A DNA stretch of 64,000 nucleotides from Candidatus Paceibacter sp. (GCA_013360865.1 JABWAS010000005.1:507-64506); one strand, 5' to 3'. Numbered from the stretch's first letter, positions 36,823-47,412 are shown. Notes: a model not told the origin generated them from the letters alone. Program-made: numbers and translations.

Positions 36823-39800
36823 ATGGATAAATTTAAGACGACTAAAGTCGGTAAAGCGACTTCAGTTATCGTTGGCTTGGCCACCGCGGCCTGGTTGTCT
36901 GTTGGATCGCTTGCCGTTCCGATGACGACCTACGCTCAAACGACAGATGAGACAATTGCTCTGTTGTTGGCGCAGATCGCTAAGTTGCAAGCCGACCTTG
37001 CTGCTCTTCAGGCTGGCGCCACGACGGGAACAGCCGAGAAATGCAGTTTCACCAGATCGCTTACGGTTGGTTCGCAGGGCAGTGATGTCACCTGCTTGCA
37101 GGATTATTTGAGAAGCGGCGGATACTTTAACAGGGCGTCCACCGGCTACTTCGGTTCAATCACCAGGTCGGCCGTCGCCGCCTGGCAAGCCGCTAACGGA
37201 GTTTCTCCGGCGGCCGGATACTTCGGTCCTATTTCAAGGGCCAAGTACGACAGCCTGGTTTCTGTTGTAGTTCCTCCGGCTTCATCGGCTGGAGTCGGAG
37301 CTTCATCAGCCAGCTCGGTTGCCGTCGGCACCGGTGGCTTGACGATATCAGCGGCCACGCAGCCGTTAGTAACATTTGCGGTTGAAAGAGCCACTAGGGT
37401 TCCTTTCACCAATTTTACTTTAACCGCAGGTTCCCAGGATGTCACAATCACGGGAGTTAATGTGGAAAGAACTGGTTTAGCCGCAGACGGAGTCTTTGCG
37501 GGTATTGTTCTCTTGGATGAAAGCGGCAGTCAGCTTGGCATTGCCAAGACATTCAATTCTGAGCATAAAGCTACGATAGGAGACGCTGTTACAATCAAGG
37601 CTGGGCAATCAAAAACTTTCACAGTGGCTGGGAATATGAACACTGATGCCAGCGGATACTTGAATAGTAATAATGGTCTTACCGCTTATCTTTCCGTAAC
37701 GGGAGTGGTTACTTCCGCGACGGTCAGCGGGCTGCTTCCTATAAGCGGAGCTGGCCATTCAATCAATGGCAATCTTACAATTGGAAACGTTACCAATGAT
37801 AGGGGCTCTTTGGATCCTAACAGCAGCACTGGCGCGGTCATAACCAAGAATATTGGTACAACTAACTACACTTTCGCGGCTGTTAAATTCACCCCTGATT
37901 CAGTTGAAAAAATAAGAGTTAAATCAATCAGATGGAATCAGTCCGGTTCAGCCGGAGCTTCCGATTTGGCCAATATCAAGACTTACATTGACGGCGCGGC
38001 TTACGACACAGTTGTTTCCTCTGACGGTAAGTATTACACTTCCACTTTTGGAGACGGTATTGTCGTTGATAAAGGAGGAAACATTGAAATCTCTGTGAAA
38101 GGAGACATTGTCGGCGGTTCGGGCAGAACGATTGACTTTGACATCTATAGAAATACAGATGTCTACATGGTAGGAGAAACCAATAAATACGGTATAACTC
38201 CTCCGAATGGATCCAGCGATCCGACGGACGACAGTTCTAATTTCAGCAGCGGCAATCCTTGGTATGACGCCTCGCAGATTTCTGTCTCCGCTGGAACCAT
38301 CACTGTGACCAAAGCAACCTCGGTTGCTTCGCAGAACATTGCCGAGAACGTTCTTAATCAACCGCTGGGCGGAATTGTGGTAGAAGTCAAGGGTGAGCCG
38401 ATTTCGGCCAATAACCTGATTTTCCACTTCCAGCTTTCAAGCGGGGACGGAGACGTTGAAGACTTGACCAATATTACCTTGGTTGACGAAAACGGAACGG
38501 TCGCAGCCGGACCGGCTGACGGTTCAGGCGCTGATGTTGATTATGGCACCGTTACTTTCAGTGACACTGTTACATTCCCGGTTGGAACGAAGACCTACAC
38601 TCTGAAGGGTAAACTTGGCACCAATTTTGCCAACAATCAGACCGTAGTCGCTTCCACGACTCCTTCATCTGACTGGTCCAACGTGACCGGACAAACGACC
38701 GGCAACACCATTTCAGGAAGCTCAATCACTTCTTCAGTTATTACGGGCAACACGATGACGGTCAAGAGCGCGGTGGTTACTTTAAGCGTTTCCACCAACC
38801 CGGTGGCTCAAACGGTTGTTTCTGGAGCCCAGGGCTTCACTTTCGCCAACTATCTATTTGACGCGACCGCCTCGGGAGAAGACATCAAGTTCGGCTCTTT
38901 GCCGCTTGAGTACAACACCGGCGGAGCAACGGCGACTAACATTAACAACTGTATTTTGTACGATGGAGAAACTGCTTTGAACACCGGTTCAAACGTCGTT
39001 AATCCGACAGCCGCCGGTTCTTCTACGACTTTCACGCTTGATAGTGCCGGATTGGTTATCCCCAAGGGAACCACCAAGACAGTTGCTCTTAAGTGCAACA
39101 TTGTCGCGGGAGGCACCGGCACTTACCGATGGGGTTATGATAGCGGCTCGTCTCCTTCGGCTACGGGCGTGACTTCAGGACAGTCGGCCACTATTACGGA
39201 AAATGATTCGGCTGGTCAAGCGATGGCGCTTACCAGTGGCGGAACGCTTACCGTTGAGGAAGATTCTTCGCAGCCCAACTATGCCGCCGTTAACGCTAAC
39301 AGTAGCGTGGAAATCGGTGTTATTAAATTCACTGCGGCCAATGAAGCCATCAATCTTAGGAAACTTGGTCTTCAGTTGACCAACACTGCTTCCAGCTCTG
39401 TTTCCGATCTTACCCAACTCACTTTGTGGGATGGTTCAACCCAGGTTGGTTCGTTGGTCCTTACCGGCAGCACCGGAACGTCAACTTTGACTTCAGACTT
39501 TATCGTTCCCAAGGACGGTTCCAAGCTTATGAAGATCAAAGCTGATTTGGCCGCCGTAGGTACGGCATTGGCTGGCACGCAAGGCGCCTTCATCGCTGTT
39601 GATTACATCGGAGCCGGAAACGCTGAAGGTGTCGGACAATCCAGCGGCACGACCATTAACTCCACATCGGGCGCTACGTCGTTTGCCGGCGTGAGAATGT
39701 TCCGCTCAACTCCGATAGTCGCTCAGTTAACGGTTCCTTCTCAGACGTTGGTAACTCAAAGCGAAACGAACGTTTACAGGTTCAGTGTTAAAGCTGACCC

Positions 39801-40317
39801 GAGTACAAGTAACGGCATCGGTCTTTATAAGATCACCGTTAACGTCGCTACTTCGTCCGCTTCTGCGGTTTCCGGTACCACGACCCTTACGAACTTGAAG
39901 GTATTTGCCTACACCGATTCAGGCTTCAGTTCGCCGGTAACCGGCTTTACCAACGGTCAGGTTGTGAGCACTATCGCTGGTTTGATTAACGGAGACAACG
40001 ACGCGGTCTTGTCGTCAATTCTGCAGATACCGGCTGGTTCTACCTACTACTTCAAAGTAGTCGGAGACACCACATTGACCGCCGGCACGGGCACGTTCTC
40101 TGGTTCGGTAACGACAAAAGTTACCACCGACACGGCTCATCCGTCATTGGCCACTTATCTGGGCAATGCCGCCGGAGTTGACGCCGATGCCAGCGCGGAC
40201 GCTTTCATCTGGTCGGCTAACGCGACAACAACGTCCAACGCCAATCATCTTGACTGGTCTAACGGCCACGGAGTCTCAGGTTTGTCAGGCTTGACCTCAG
40301 TTACCATTTCCAAGTAA
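36823..40317 (+). CDS. Large secreted surface (S-layer-like) protein with peptidoglycan-binding domain
   Basis: Signal peptide, FTRSLTVGSQGSDV..LQ..L...GYFG; Thr/Ser/Gly-rich beta repeats. Confidence 0.8.
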   Translation: MDKFKTTKVGKATSVIVGLATAAWLSVGSLAVPMTTYAQTTDETIALLLAQIAKLQADLAALQAGATTGTAEKCSFTRSLTVGSQGSDVTCLQDYLRSGGYFNRASTGYFGSITRSAVAAWQAANGVSPAAGYFGPISRAKYDSLVSVVVPPASSAGVGASSASSVAVGTGGLTISAATQPLVTFAVERATRVPFTNFTLTAGSQDVTITGVNVERTGLAADGVFAGIVLLDESGSQLGIAKTFNSEHKATIGDAVTIKAGQSKTFTVAGNMNTDASGYLNSNNGLTAYLSVTGVVTSATVSGLLPISGAGHSINGNLTIGNVTNDRGSLDPNSSTGAVITKNIGTTNYTFAAVKFTPDSVEKIRVKSIRWNQSGSAGASDLANIKTYIDGAAYDTVVSSDGKYYTSTFGDGIVVDKGGNIEISVKGDIVGGSGRTIDFDIYRNTDVYMVGETNKYGITPPNGSSDPTDDSSNFSSGNPWYDASQISVSAGTITVTKATSVASQNIAENVLNQPLGGIVVEVKGEPISANNLIFHFQLSSGDGDVEDLTNITLVDENGTVAAGPADGSGADVDYGTVTFSDTVTFPVGTKTYTLKGKLGTNFANNQTVVASTTPSSDWSNVTGQTTGNTISGSSITSSVITGNTMTVKSAVVTLSVSTNPVAQTVVSGAQGFTFANYLFDATASGEDIKFGSLPLEYNTGGATATNINNCILYDGETALNTGSNVVNPTAAGSSTTFTLDSAGLVIPKGTTKTVALKCNIVAGGTGTYRWGYDSGSSPSATGVTSGQSATITENDSAGQAMALTSGGTLTVEEDSSQPNYAAVNANSSVEIGVIKFTAANEAINLRKLGLQLTNTASSSVSDLTQLTLWDGSTQVGSLVLTGSTGTSTLTSDFIVPKDGSKLMKIKADLAAVGTALAGTQGAFIAVDYIGAGNAEGVGQSSGTTINSTSGATSFAGVRMFRSTPIVAQLTVPSQTLVTQSETNVYRFSVKADPSTSNGIGLYKITVNVATSSASAVSGTTTLTNLKVFAYTDSGFSSPVTGFTNGQVVSTIAGLINGDNDAVLSSILQIPAGSTYYFKVVGDTTLTAGTGTFSGSVTTKVTTDTAHPSLATYLGNAAGVDADASADAFIWSANATTTSNANHLDWSNGHGVSGLSGLTSVTISK

Positions 40318-40340
40318 TCTAGTTTCCTTGTGACTAGTCC

Positions 40341-40368
40341 AAACCCCCCCGAAAAATCGGGGGGTTTT
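40341..40368 (+). terminator. Intrinsic terminator
   Basis: AAACCCCCCCGA-AAAA-TCGGGGGGTTTT. Confidence 0.85.
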
Positions 40369-40406
40369 GTGTTGCATAAAAAACTTATAATTGTTAAAAT
40401 TTTTCT

Positions 40407-41000
40407 ATGAAAAAAATAGTTTTAGCGATCCTTTCTTTACTGGTTTTATTTGCCGGATATGTTTTTTATAAAAACAATTTTAAGACGCACTTGTCGTTTG
40501 AGTCATTCGGCTTAGCAAAAAAAATAACACCAGCGCCCGAGTTGGGCAGGCCGTTAAAAATAAACGTCGTTTTGGAAGAAAATGTGGAAAAATTATTGGT
40601 TGAAAAAATACACGAAGTGGAATCAAACTTAAAATCAAACGACAAATCCATTGACGACTGGCTTGCTCTGGGAATTTACAGAAAAATGGCGGGCGACTAC
40701 GAGGGCGCGAGGGAAATATGGGAATATGCGAGTTTTATAAGCCCGGGCAATATCACGTCTTTTAATAATCTAGGTGAACTTTACGCTTATTATCTTAAAA
40801 ATAATAAAAAAGCGGAGGAAAATTACAAACAAGCCGTAAAAAATGGACCCGCCTCCATTTACATTTACAGAAATTTCCACTTCTTTTACAAAGATGTGTT
40901 AAAAAATAACACTAAAGCCAAGGCTGTCTTGGAACAGGGCATCGCCGCCAACCCGGGCGAAGCCTCCCTTGACCTCCAAAACCTCCTCAAAAACTACTAA
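40407..41000 (+). CDS. Membrane-anchored TPR protein
   Basis: WLALG...GDYEGA, SFNNLGELY...AEENY TPR pattern. Confidence 0.8.
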   Translation: MKKIVLAILSLLVLFAGYVFYKNNFKTHLSFESFGLAKKITPAPELGRPLKINVVLEENVEKLLVEKIHEVESNLKSNDKSIDDWLALGIYRKMAGDYEGAREIWEYASFISPGNITSFNNLGELYAYYLKNNKKAEENYKQAVKNGPASIYIYRNFHFFYKDVLKNNTKAKAVLEQGIAANPGEASLDLQNLLKNY

Positions 41001-41011
41001 ACTAAAGGGTG

Positions 41012-41050
41012 TGCCGCCATTATCAAGGTCGGACCTTGATAATGGCGGCA
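41012..41050. repeat. REP palindrome upstream of the RAYT gene
   Basis: TGCCGCCATTATCAAGGTC-G-GACCTTGATAATGGCGGCA. Confidence 0.9.
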
Positions 41051-41071
41051 AAGGGTTTAAAATAATAGGTA

Positions 41072-41761
41072 ATGCAAAGAAGATCAGCTTTTTCCGTTGG
41101 TGAGTATTACCATATCTATAATCGCGGCACAGACAAAAGAGAAATTTTTCTGGATAAGCCCGATTATTTAAGGTTTATTGTTCTGCTCTATATTTCTAAT
41201 AACGTTGACGCTGTGCACGTCAGCAATCTTAAATATCAAGGTCGGACCTTGATGGGAATTTTAAATATAGATAAAAAAGACTCTCTTGTTGATATTGGCG
41301 CCTATTGCCTCATGCCAAACCATTTTCATATTCTTATTAAAGAAAAAATAGATAATGGAATTAGCCAGTTTATCAGAAAGTTATCTACCGGTTACTCAAT
41401 GTATTTTAACAAAAGGTATGAAAGAACGGGGAACTTGTTTCAGGGTAAATTTAAATCTATGCATGTTGATAATGACCAGTATCTTAAGTATCTATTTGCT
41501 TATATACACCTTAACCCAATTAAAATAATTGAACCTGGGTGGAAAGAGTTAGGAATTAGAGAAAAAGACAAGGCAGAATCATTTTTAAAAGATTATGAAT
41601 TTTCAAGCTATATGGATTATGACGGCAACGGCACGGAAAGGGTAGAAGCTAAAATAGTAAAAAAAGAATCTTTTCCCGAATATTTTTTAACGGCAAAAGA
41701 TTTTAATGACATGATAAAAGATTGGTTGTATTATAAAGATACTATCAAGGTCGGACCTTGA
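41072..41761 (+). mobile_element. REP-associated tyrosine (HUH/Y1) transposase
   Basis: YHIYNRG, AYCLMPNHFHIL, GNLFQGKFKS, YIHLNP, YEFSSY; flanking REPs. Confidence 0.92.
41234..41253. repeat. REP copy inside the RAYT coding sequence
   Basis: TATCAAGGTCGGACCTTGAT, in frame (YQGRTL). Confidence 0.9.
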
Positions 41762-41763
41762 TA
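41743..41763. repeat. REP copy supplying the RAYT stop codon
   Basis: TATCAAGGTCGGACCTTGATA. Confidence 0.9.
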
Positions 41764-41807
41764 AGGCTTGATGAAGAAATTGAGGGTGTTATAATAAAAG
41801 TGATTTT

Positions 41808-42287
41808 ATGAGGTTTTTGAAGGCTAATTACAGGTATTTTTTTATTATTGTCGGGTTTTTGGTGTTTGGTTTTTATGTAACGGCGTTTATTTGGCCGGAG
41901 TATCGCGATTGGAAGTTTTGGCGGGACATACGGCGTGAGGCGGCCAAGTTTGAAAAAATAAGGGAGGACAGGGAAAAAGCGATAGCGGCCGACGCTTACG
42001 GCGGCAAAACACCGCAGGAAACGCTGGATATGTTTATCGCGGCGGTAGAAAAAGGCGACTACGAACTGGCCAGCAAGTATTTTGTGGTGGAAAGGCAGGA
42101 GGAACAACTGAAAGAAATGAAGGAATATGAAAAAGACAATGTTGATTTTCTGCTAGGGGTTATTAAACAATCACGAAAATCACAAGGATATTATTCATCA
42201 GACAAAAAGGTTTTTACGGTTGAAAAACCAGTTTATATTGACTTTACTCTTTATCCAAATAATAACTGGAAGATAAATGAAATCTAG
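41808..42287 (+). CDS. Hypothetical single-TM protein
   Basis: TM segment, YGGKTPQETL.MFIAAVEKGDYELASKYF, WKI. Confidence 0.7.
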   Translation: MRFLKANYRYFFIIVGFLVFGFYVTAFIWPEYRDWKFWRDIRREAAKFEKIREDREKAIAADAYGGKTPQETLDMFIAAVEKGDYELASKYFVVERQEEQLKEMKEYEKDNVDFLLGVIKQSRKSQGYYSSDKKVFTVEKPVYIDFTLYPNNNWKINEI

Positions 42288-43404
42288 TTTTTTCAAAATT
42301 TCTCTAATCCCGCTGGCTCTGGCGGGATTATTTTTAAACCAAAACGCCTTCGCCTTTGACGACCTGACCACTCATCCAGCGCTGACCGACGAAGTGATTG
42401 ATTTTTACAATTTATTCGCCGGGGAGAAAATAAACAACGAAGATAAGGAAACTATAATCCAAGGCGCCCAAGACGAAGACATCCCGCCGAGGTGGATAAA
42501 CCACTTTTACGACCCTGTGCGCAATCTTGGCTGGTCGGGCCGGAACACAGGTGTCTGGCCGCAAATGCTGGTCCATTATTTTTCCGGCACCGTGCTATCC
42601 AGCGAGTATCCAGTTTCCTCGCTGAACTGGCTGCACAATCAGGAGTTGCAATCAAAGTATTCTCGCTACAAAGGCAACCGCACCTGGGAAAAAGCGCTGT
42701 ATGAATACGCCAAAGGCAATAAAAAGGAAGCTTATTACACTTTGGGCTATATTTTGCACCTGATAGAAGACGCTTCGGTGCCCGACCATACCCGCGACGA
42801 CCCGCACGCCCACGAGATGAGATACGCTACCGGCGATTATGGCAGCCCACTGGAAGAATACGCCAAAAACTTCAACCGCGACAACTTAAACATCGCCAGT
42901 GAGTTAAAAGAGAAAAATTTTAAACCGGCGGAATTTGATTCGGTAGATAAATATTTGACGGCCTTGGCCGAATATTCCAATGGCCGCTTCTTCAGCAAAG
43001 ACACCATCAACGACCCGCTTTATGCTAACCCGAAAATTGTCAGGGAGGATGATAATTTTGGCTATGGTTTGGATAAAAACGGAGAAGAGTTTGAATTGGT
43101 AAAGTTAAGATATGACTTGGATGTAAAAAATAAAGTTATCTTGAAGGAATATTTTTTGCCAACAACTGATATAAATATAAACAACGAAGTACTCAATCAA
43201 TACTTCTCCCGCCTTTCGCGCGAGGCGGTTATTCACGGGGCGGGGGTTATAGAACTGTTTTTCCGCGAAGCCAAGGCCATCAAAAGCGGCCAAAGGCCGG
43301 CGCCGGAAATATTCCGGGAAATGCCTCCGGATCCGGCCAAAGCTCTGATGTTATTTTACATAAATCCGGTGCTGGGCATTATGGCTTACCGGAGAATTCT
43401 TTAA
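42277..43404 (+). CDS. Secreted zinc-dependent phospholipase C/P1-nuclease-like protein (possibly the 5' part of a frameshifted gene)
   Basis: Signal peptide, AF...THPALT, NHFYDP, LGYILHLIEDASVPDH. Confidence 0.7.
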   Translation: MKSSFFKISLIPLALAGLFLNQNAFAFDDLTTHPALTDEVIDFYNLFAGEKINNEDKETIIQGAQDEDIPPRWINHFYDPVRNLGWSGRNTGVWPQMLVHYFSGTVLSSEYPVSSLNWLHNQELQSKYSRYKGNRTWEKALYEYAKGNKKEAYYTLGYILHLIEDASVPDHTRDDPHAHEMRYATGDYGSPLEEYAKNFNRDNLNIASELKEKNFKPAEFDSVDKYLTALAEYSNGRFFSKDTINDPLYANPKIVREDDNFGYGLDKNGEEFELVKLRYDLDVKNKVILKEYFLPTTDININNEVLNQYFSRLSREAVIHGAGVIELFFREAKAIKSGQRPAPEIFREMPPDPAKALMLFYINPVLGIMAYRRIL

Positions 43405-43513
43405 GGTCGTTTCTCTCACAAACTCAACCAAAGAAATCATCCAAAACTTTATTCCCGTCGTCGCGAAAGGGATAAAGGAACTATTCACGCAAGATCAACC
43501 GCCGGAACTGCTT

Positions 43514-45598
43514 TTGGCCGGAGCCGCTGGCGCTACACCAAGCGCGGAAAATGTTGAACATCCGGAACCCGGCATTTTCGGCATTACTAATATTGCCGAA
43601 AATACTGATTCTTCAGTAGATGAATCATCAGATCAAGACAACATAATCTACATCCAAAATTCGCTGGAAGAGATGCGGCGGCAGATTGAAGAATTGGCAA
43701 AAAATCAAAATAATTTACCCGAGCCGCGCTTATCTTTGGCGCCGGAAGCGTCTGTTCCTGTGCCATTGGCGGAGGAAAACAAAACAGCGACGGCTGAAAA
43801 CCGGCCAAAAATTTTTCTTGTAAGCCTGGTTTATCCCGGCTTTGGCGGGGGAGGGGGAGCCCCGACGCCGGAGTCGGGGCAGGGTGGAAGCGCGCCGCAA
43901 TCGCAGACGGAACAGACACAAGAGGAGCAAGCGCCAGAAGACCTTAATCTCGTCGGTGAACCGGAAAATGAACCGGAAGCGGGAGACGAGGAGCAGGAGT
44001 CAGCCGCGTTTTTGCCACCGAACCTTAGCGCGCCGCAATGCGCGGATTCGCTGGCAACGGACGGTTGTCTTTTAGCCACCACGACCGTAAATTTCGTCTG
44101 GCCGGCCGTCTCGGGAGCGTCATATTACGGCATAAATAAAAACGGCGATTACGCCACGACAACGGAGCTGTCTTTTGCCACCATTGTTCCTGATTTTTCC
44201 GATTATAATTTTTCCATTTCAGCCATTGCCATTAATAACGGGGTTGCCACCACTAGTGCCACCAGCACCCAAACGGTTTCCGTCGCCACCATTCCCATCG
44301 CTATCAACGAAGTTGCCTGGATGGGCACCGGCGCTTCCGTCCATGACGAATGGCTGGAGCTCAAGAATAACACCGCGCGTACTTTGGACCTATCGCGGTG
44401 GGCGATAGAGTCAAAAGACGGCGCGCCTTACATCGCCCTTTCTGGCCAAATGGCGCCGAGAGAATATCGCGTTCTCCAGCGCCGAGAAAACGCCCTCGTT
44501 ATCAACGCCCCCATAGAAACTTACGGCAACGGCTCGCCCCAATGGGCGCTCGGCAACAACGGCGAAGAGCTTGTCCTGTACTTCGCCTCCACCACTTTGG
44601 ACAAAACACCAGCTATAACTGGCGGCAAATGGGTTGCTGGAGATAATTCCAACGCCTCCGGCAGAAAATCAATGGAAAGAATTGACTCCCGCCAGTCTGG
44701 CGCGACTTCTACCAACTGGGCGACGTGGGGAACAAATGTTGATTTTATAAAAAACGGAACCGACAGCGACGGCAACCCGATTCTCGGCACGCCCGGAGAA
44801 TGTAACTCGGCCAGCTACGCCAGCGTCAACAATGGCGAAGAAATTGAAGACAACCTCACTTTGGCCGCGAATGGTTGTTACTATGCTTCTTTTGGAGAAA
44901 TGGTTGTCGCCTCAAGCACGCTGACAATTGAAGCCGGTGCCAGAATAAACCTGACCGAAAGCGACCTGGAGGTGGAAGGAGTTTTAAAAGTGCAGGGTGA
45001 GAAAGGCAATCCGGTTGTCTTTAGCACTTTTTCCGGAGAACAAACCTGGAACGGCATCCAGATTTACGGCGGCGCCGGAACAAGCACGATAAACCATACC
45101 ATAATTAAAAATATCAGTGGAGTTGTTCTTGACGAAGGGGCAACCGCTGAAATCACCAACTCGGAATTTATAAACAACAGAACGGGCGTGGAATTGTATG
45201 ACGAAAGCAGCGTCGTCATTGAAAACATAAATTTTGCCAGCACGACTAACGAGGCGGTAGCGGCCTACGACGGCAGCAACGCGACCGCCGCTTCTTCAAC
45301 GATTATCAATTCCATCAATAATGGCGCGATTAGCGTTTACGAATCCAGCCTTTCAATTTCTTCAACAACTATAGACACGGTGTACAACGGCGACGGCATC
45401 GGCGTTTACGATTCTGTCGTGTCCATCGCCAATACAGCGGTAAGTAATGTTTTGTCCGGTGATGGCATCGCCCTGTACGATTCCGAAGCCGCGCTAGAAA
45501 ATGTAAAAGTGGCAAACGTTTCCGGCGAAGGTGTTGCCGTTTACGACAGCAACGTCTCCGGCATCGCGACGGTGGACGGAGAAGAGGTTGAATTTTAA
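43514..45598 (+). CDS. Lamin-tail-domain plus right-handed beta-helix surface protein (possibly the 3' part of the preceding gene)
   Basis: IAINEVAWMG...DEWLELKN, SMER, GTPG; GIxVYDS repeats; frame open from 43364. Confidence 0.72.
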   Translation: MAGAAGATPSAENVEHPEPGIFGITNIAENTDSSVDESSDQDNIIYIQNSLEEMRRQIEELAKNQNNLPEPRLSLAPEASVPVPLAEENKTATAENRPKIFLVSLVYPGFGGGGGAPTPESGQGGSAPQSQTEQTQEEQAPEDLNLVGEPENEPEAGDEEQESAAFLPPNLSAPQCADSLATDGCLLATTTVNFVWPAVSGASYYGINKNGDYATTTELSFATIVPDFSDYNFSISAIAINNGVATTSATSTQTVSVATIPIAINEVAWMGTGASVHDEWLELKNNTARTLDLSRWAIESKDGAPYIALSGQMAPREYRVLQRRENALVINAPIETYGNGSPQWALGNNGEELVLYFASTTLDKTPAITGGKWVAGDNSNASGRKSMERIDSRQSGATSTNWATWGTNVDFIKNGTDSDGNPILGTPGECNSASYASVNNGEEIEDNLTLAANGCYYASFGEMVVASSTLTIEAGARINLTESDLEVEGVLKVQGEKGNPVVFSTFSGEQTWNGIQIYGGAGTSTINHTIIKNISGVVLDEGATAEITNSEFINNRTGVELYDESSVVIENINFASTTNEAVAAYDGSNATAASSTIINSINNGAISVYESSLSISSTTIDTVYNGDGIGVYDSVVSIANTAVSNVLSGDGIALYDSEAALENVKVANVSGEGVAVYDSNVSGIATVDGEEVEF

Positions 45599-45647
45599 CA
45601 GAGTTGACAGTTTTCCCCCAAATGCTACACTGGCAACAATCAAATAC

Positions 45648-45750
45648 AGTCAGTCGCAGAAAGCGGGCGGCGAGCCGGAAGGCCAGCCTTAATTTCCCGC
45701 CGAGACTTATCAAACATTCATTTTCTGCGGCTTTTAGGCCGTTTTTTTAA
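45648..45750 (+). promoter_or_regulatory. Ribosomal protein L10 leader
   Basis: GTCGCAGAAAGCGGG...TTAATTTCCCGCCGAGAC plus hairpin and T-run upstream of rplJ. Confidence 0.7.
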
Positions 45751-45830
45751 TTAAAAATTAAAGAGCGAAGCGATTATAATTTTCTTAATCCGCCTCTGGC
45801 GGAACACAATTAATAGGTAAAGTTAATTTT

Positions 45831-46382
45831 ATGGCTATTACAAAACAGCAAAAAAGCGAAGCGATAAACAGCCTTAAAAAGGACATCAAAGATTCCAATA
45901 TTGTGATGTTCGTCAACTTCCACGGCCTGAACGTCAAACTGGCCAGCGAGTTGAGAAAGAGTTTGAGGAAAATCGGCGCGGGCTACACTGTCGCCAAAAA
46001 AACTTTGGTGAAAAAAGCTCTGGAGTCGCTCGGTTACGAAGGCGAACTCCCGAATCTGGAAGGGGAGGTGGCGATGGCTTATGGCAGTACCGACCCGCTC
46101 GCTTCCGCCAAAGAGGTGCATCAGTTCGCGAAGAAGAACAAATTTTTGAAGATTCTGGGAGGAATTTTTGAAAGCAAGTACGTGGGGGCCGAGAGAATCG
46201 TGGCGTTGGCCAGCATACCGTCAAGAGAAGTACTGCTCGCCCAGTTCGTCCAGATTATCAATTCGCCGAGGAAAGGAGTGGTCGTGGCCTTGTCGGAAAT
46301 AGCCAAAAAGAAGGGCGCGGCCATGCCCGCCGGACAGACGGGCGAGCCCGCCGCGGAGGCGGTAGCGGAAGTAAAAGCGTAA
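45831..46382 (+). CDS. rplJ: 50S ribosomal protein L10
   Basis: FHGLNV...LRKSLR, VAKKTL, LASIPSRE. Confidence 0.97.
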   Translation: MAITKQQKSEAINSLKKDIKDSNIVMFVNFHGLNVKLASELRKSLRKIGAGYTVAKKTLVKKALESLGYEGELPNLEGEVAMAYGSTDPLASAKEVHQFAKKNKFLKILGGIFESKYVGAERIVALASIPSREVLLAQFVQIINSPRKGVVVALSEIAKKKGAAMPAGQTGEPAAEAVAEVKA

Positions 46383-46414
46383 ATTATCAATTAATTATTA
46401 ATTAAAACAAACAT

Positions 46415-46798
46415 ATGGAAATACCATCAAAATTTAAAGACATCGTGGAGAAAATAGAATCAATGAGTGTTATGGATTTGTCCGAGCTCGTTAAATTATT
46501 GGAAGAAAAATTCGGCGTTTCCGCCCAGGCTGTCGCCATGATGGCGCCCGTCGCCGGAGGAGCGGCTGCCGGAGGAGCCGAGGAGAAGTCCTCGTTCAAC
46601 ATTGAGCTCAAGGAAGCCGGAGCGCAGAAAATCCAGGTCATCAAGGTTCTAAGAGAAGCTCTCGGTTTGGGCTTGAAGGAAGCCAAAGACTTCACGGATA
46701 AGACTCCGGTCGTGGTCAAGGAAGGCGTGGACAAGAAAGCCGCCGACGAACTCAAAGCCAAACTGGAGGCCGCCGGAGCCGTTGTTAACTTAAAATAA
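46415..46798 (+). CDS. rplL: 50S ribosomal protein L7/L12
   Basis: [28 protein letters not shown]. Confidence 0.99.
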   Translation: MEIPSKFKDIVEKIESMSVMDLSELVKLLEEKFGVSAQAVAMMAPVAGGAAAGGAEEKSSFNIELKEAGAQKIQVIKVLREALGLGLKEAKDFTDKTPVVVKEGVDKKAADELKAKLEAAGAVVNLK

Positions 46799-46817
46799 CG
46801 GTGCTAGAATAAGCGCG

Positions 46818-47405
46818 ATGAACGGTGTTCTGGAAAAACTTTTAGGCTCGGCTTCCCGGGTAAAAATCATCCGCCTGTTTCTGGCCAATCCGGAAGGATT
46901 CTTCACGCTGGAAGACGTCTCCCGTCGCGCGAAAGTGGCCATGCCGCTGACGCGTCGGGAGATTTCTCTTTTTAAGTCAATAGACCTGATAAAACAAAGA
47001 GAGGAAACGGTGGAGGAAACGATTAAACTCAAAAGCGGAGAAACCAAAACCAAGAAAAAGAAAGTGGTGGGCTATTCGCTCAACGCCGCTTTCCCGTTCC
47101 TCCATCCGCTGAAAAATCTTTTCGCCAACGTGGCGCCGGTGGACAAAGAAAAAGTCGTCAAAGAGCTCGGTTCCGTCGGCAAAATCAAACTGGTAATTTT
47201 TTCCGGCGTGTTCATCCAGTCCGACGGCAGCCGGGTTGATTTGCTTTTGGTCGGCGACGCCATCAGAGAAACGAAACTGGATAAAGTGTTGAAAAACATT
47301 GAGGCCGAGATCGGGCGGGAGATAACTTACACCGTGTTTAAAACGGAAGACTTTTTGTACCGCCTCGGAATGTACGAAAAAGCTTTGAACAAGATAAATG
47401 TGTAA
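46818..47405 (+). CDS. Hypothetical wHTH plus nucleotidyltransferase-like protein
   Basis: LEKLLGSASRVKIIRLF; SGVF...VDLLLVGD...EAEIGREI. Confidence 0.7.
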   Translation: MNGVLEKLLGSASRVKIIRLFLANPEGFFTLEDVSRRAKVAMPLTRREISLFKSIDLIKQREETVEETIKLKSGETKTKKKKVVGYSLNAAFPFLHPLKNLFANVAPVDKEKVVKELGSVGKIKLVIFSGVFIQSDGSRVDLLLVGDAIRETKLDKVLKNIEAEIGREITYTVFKTEDFLYRLGMYEKALNKINV

Positions 47406-47412
47406 TTTTGAC

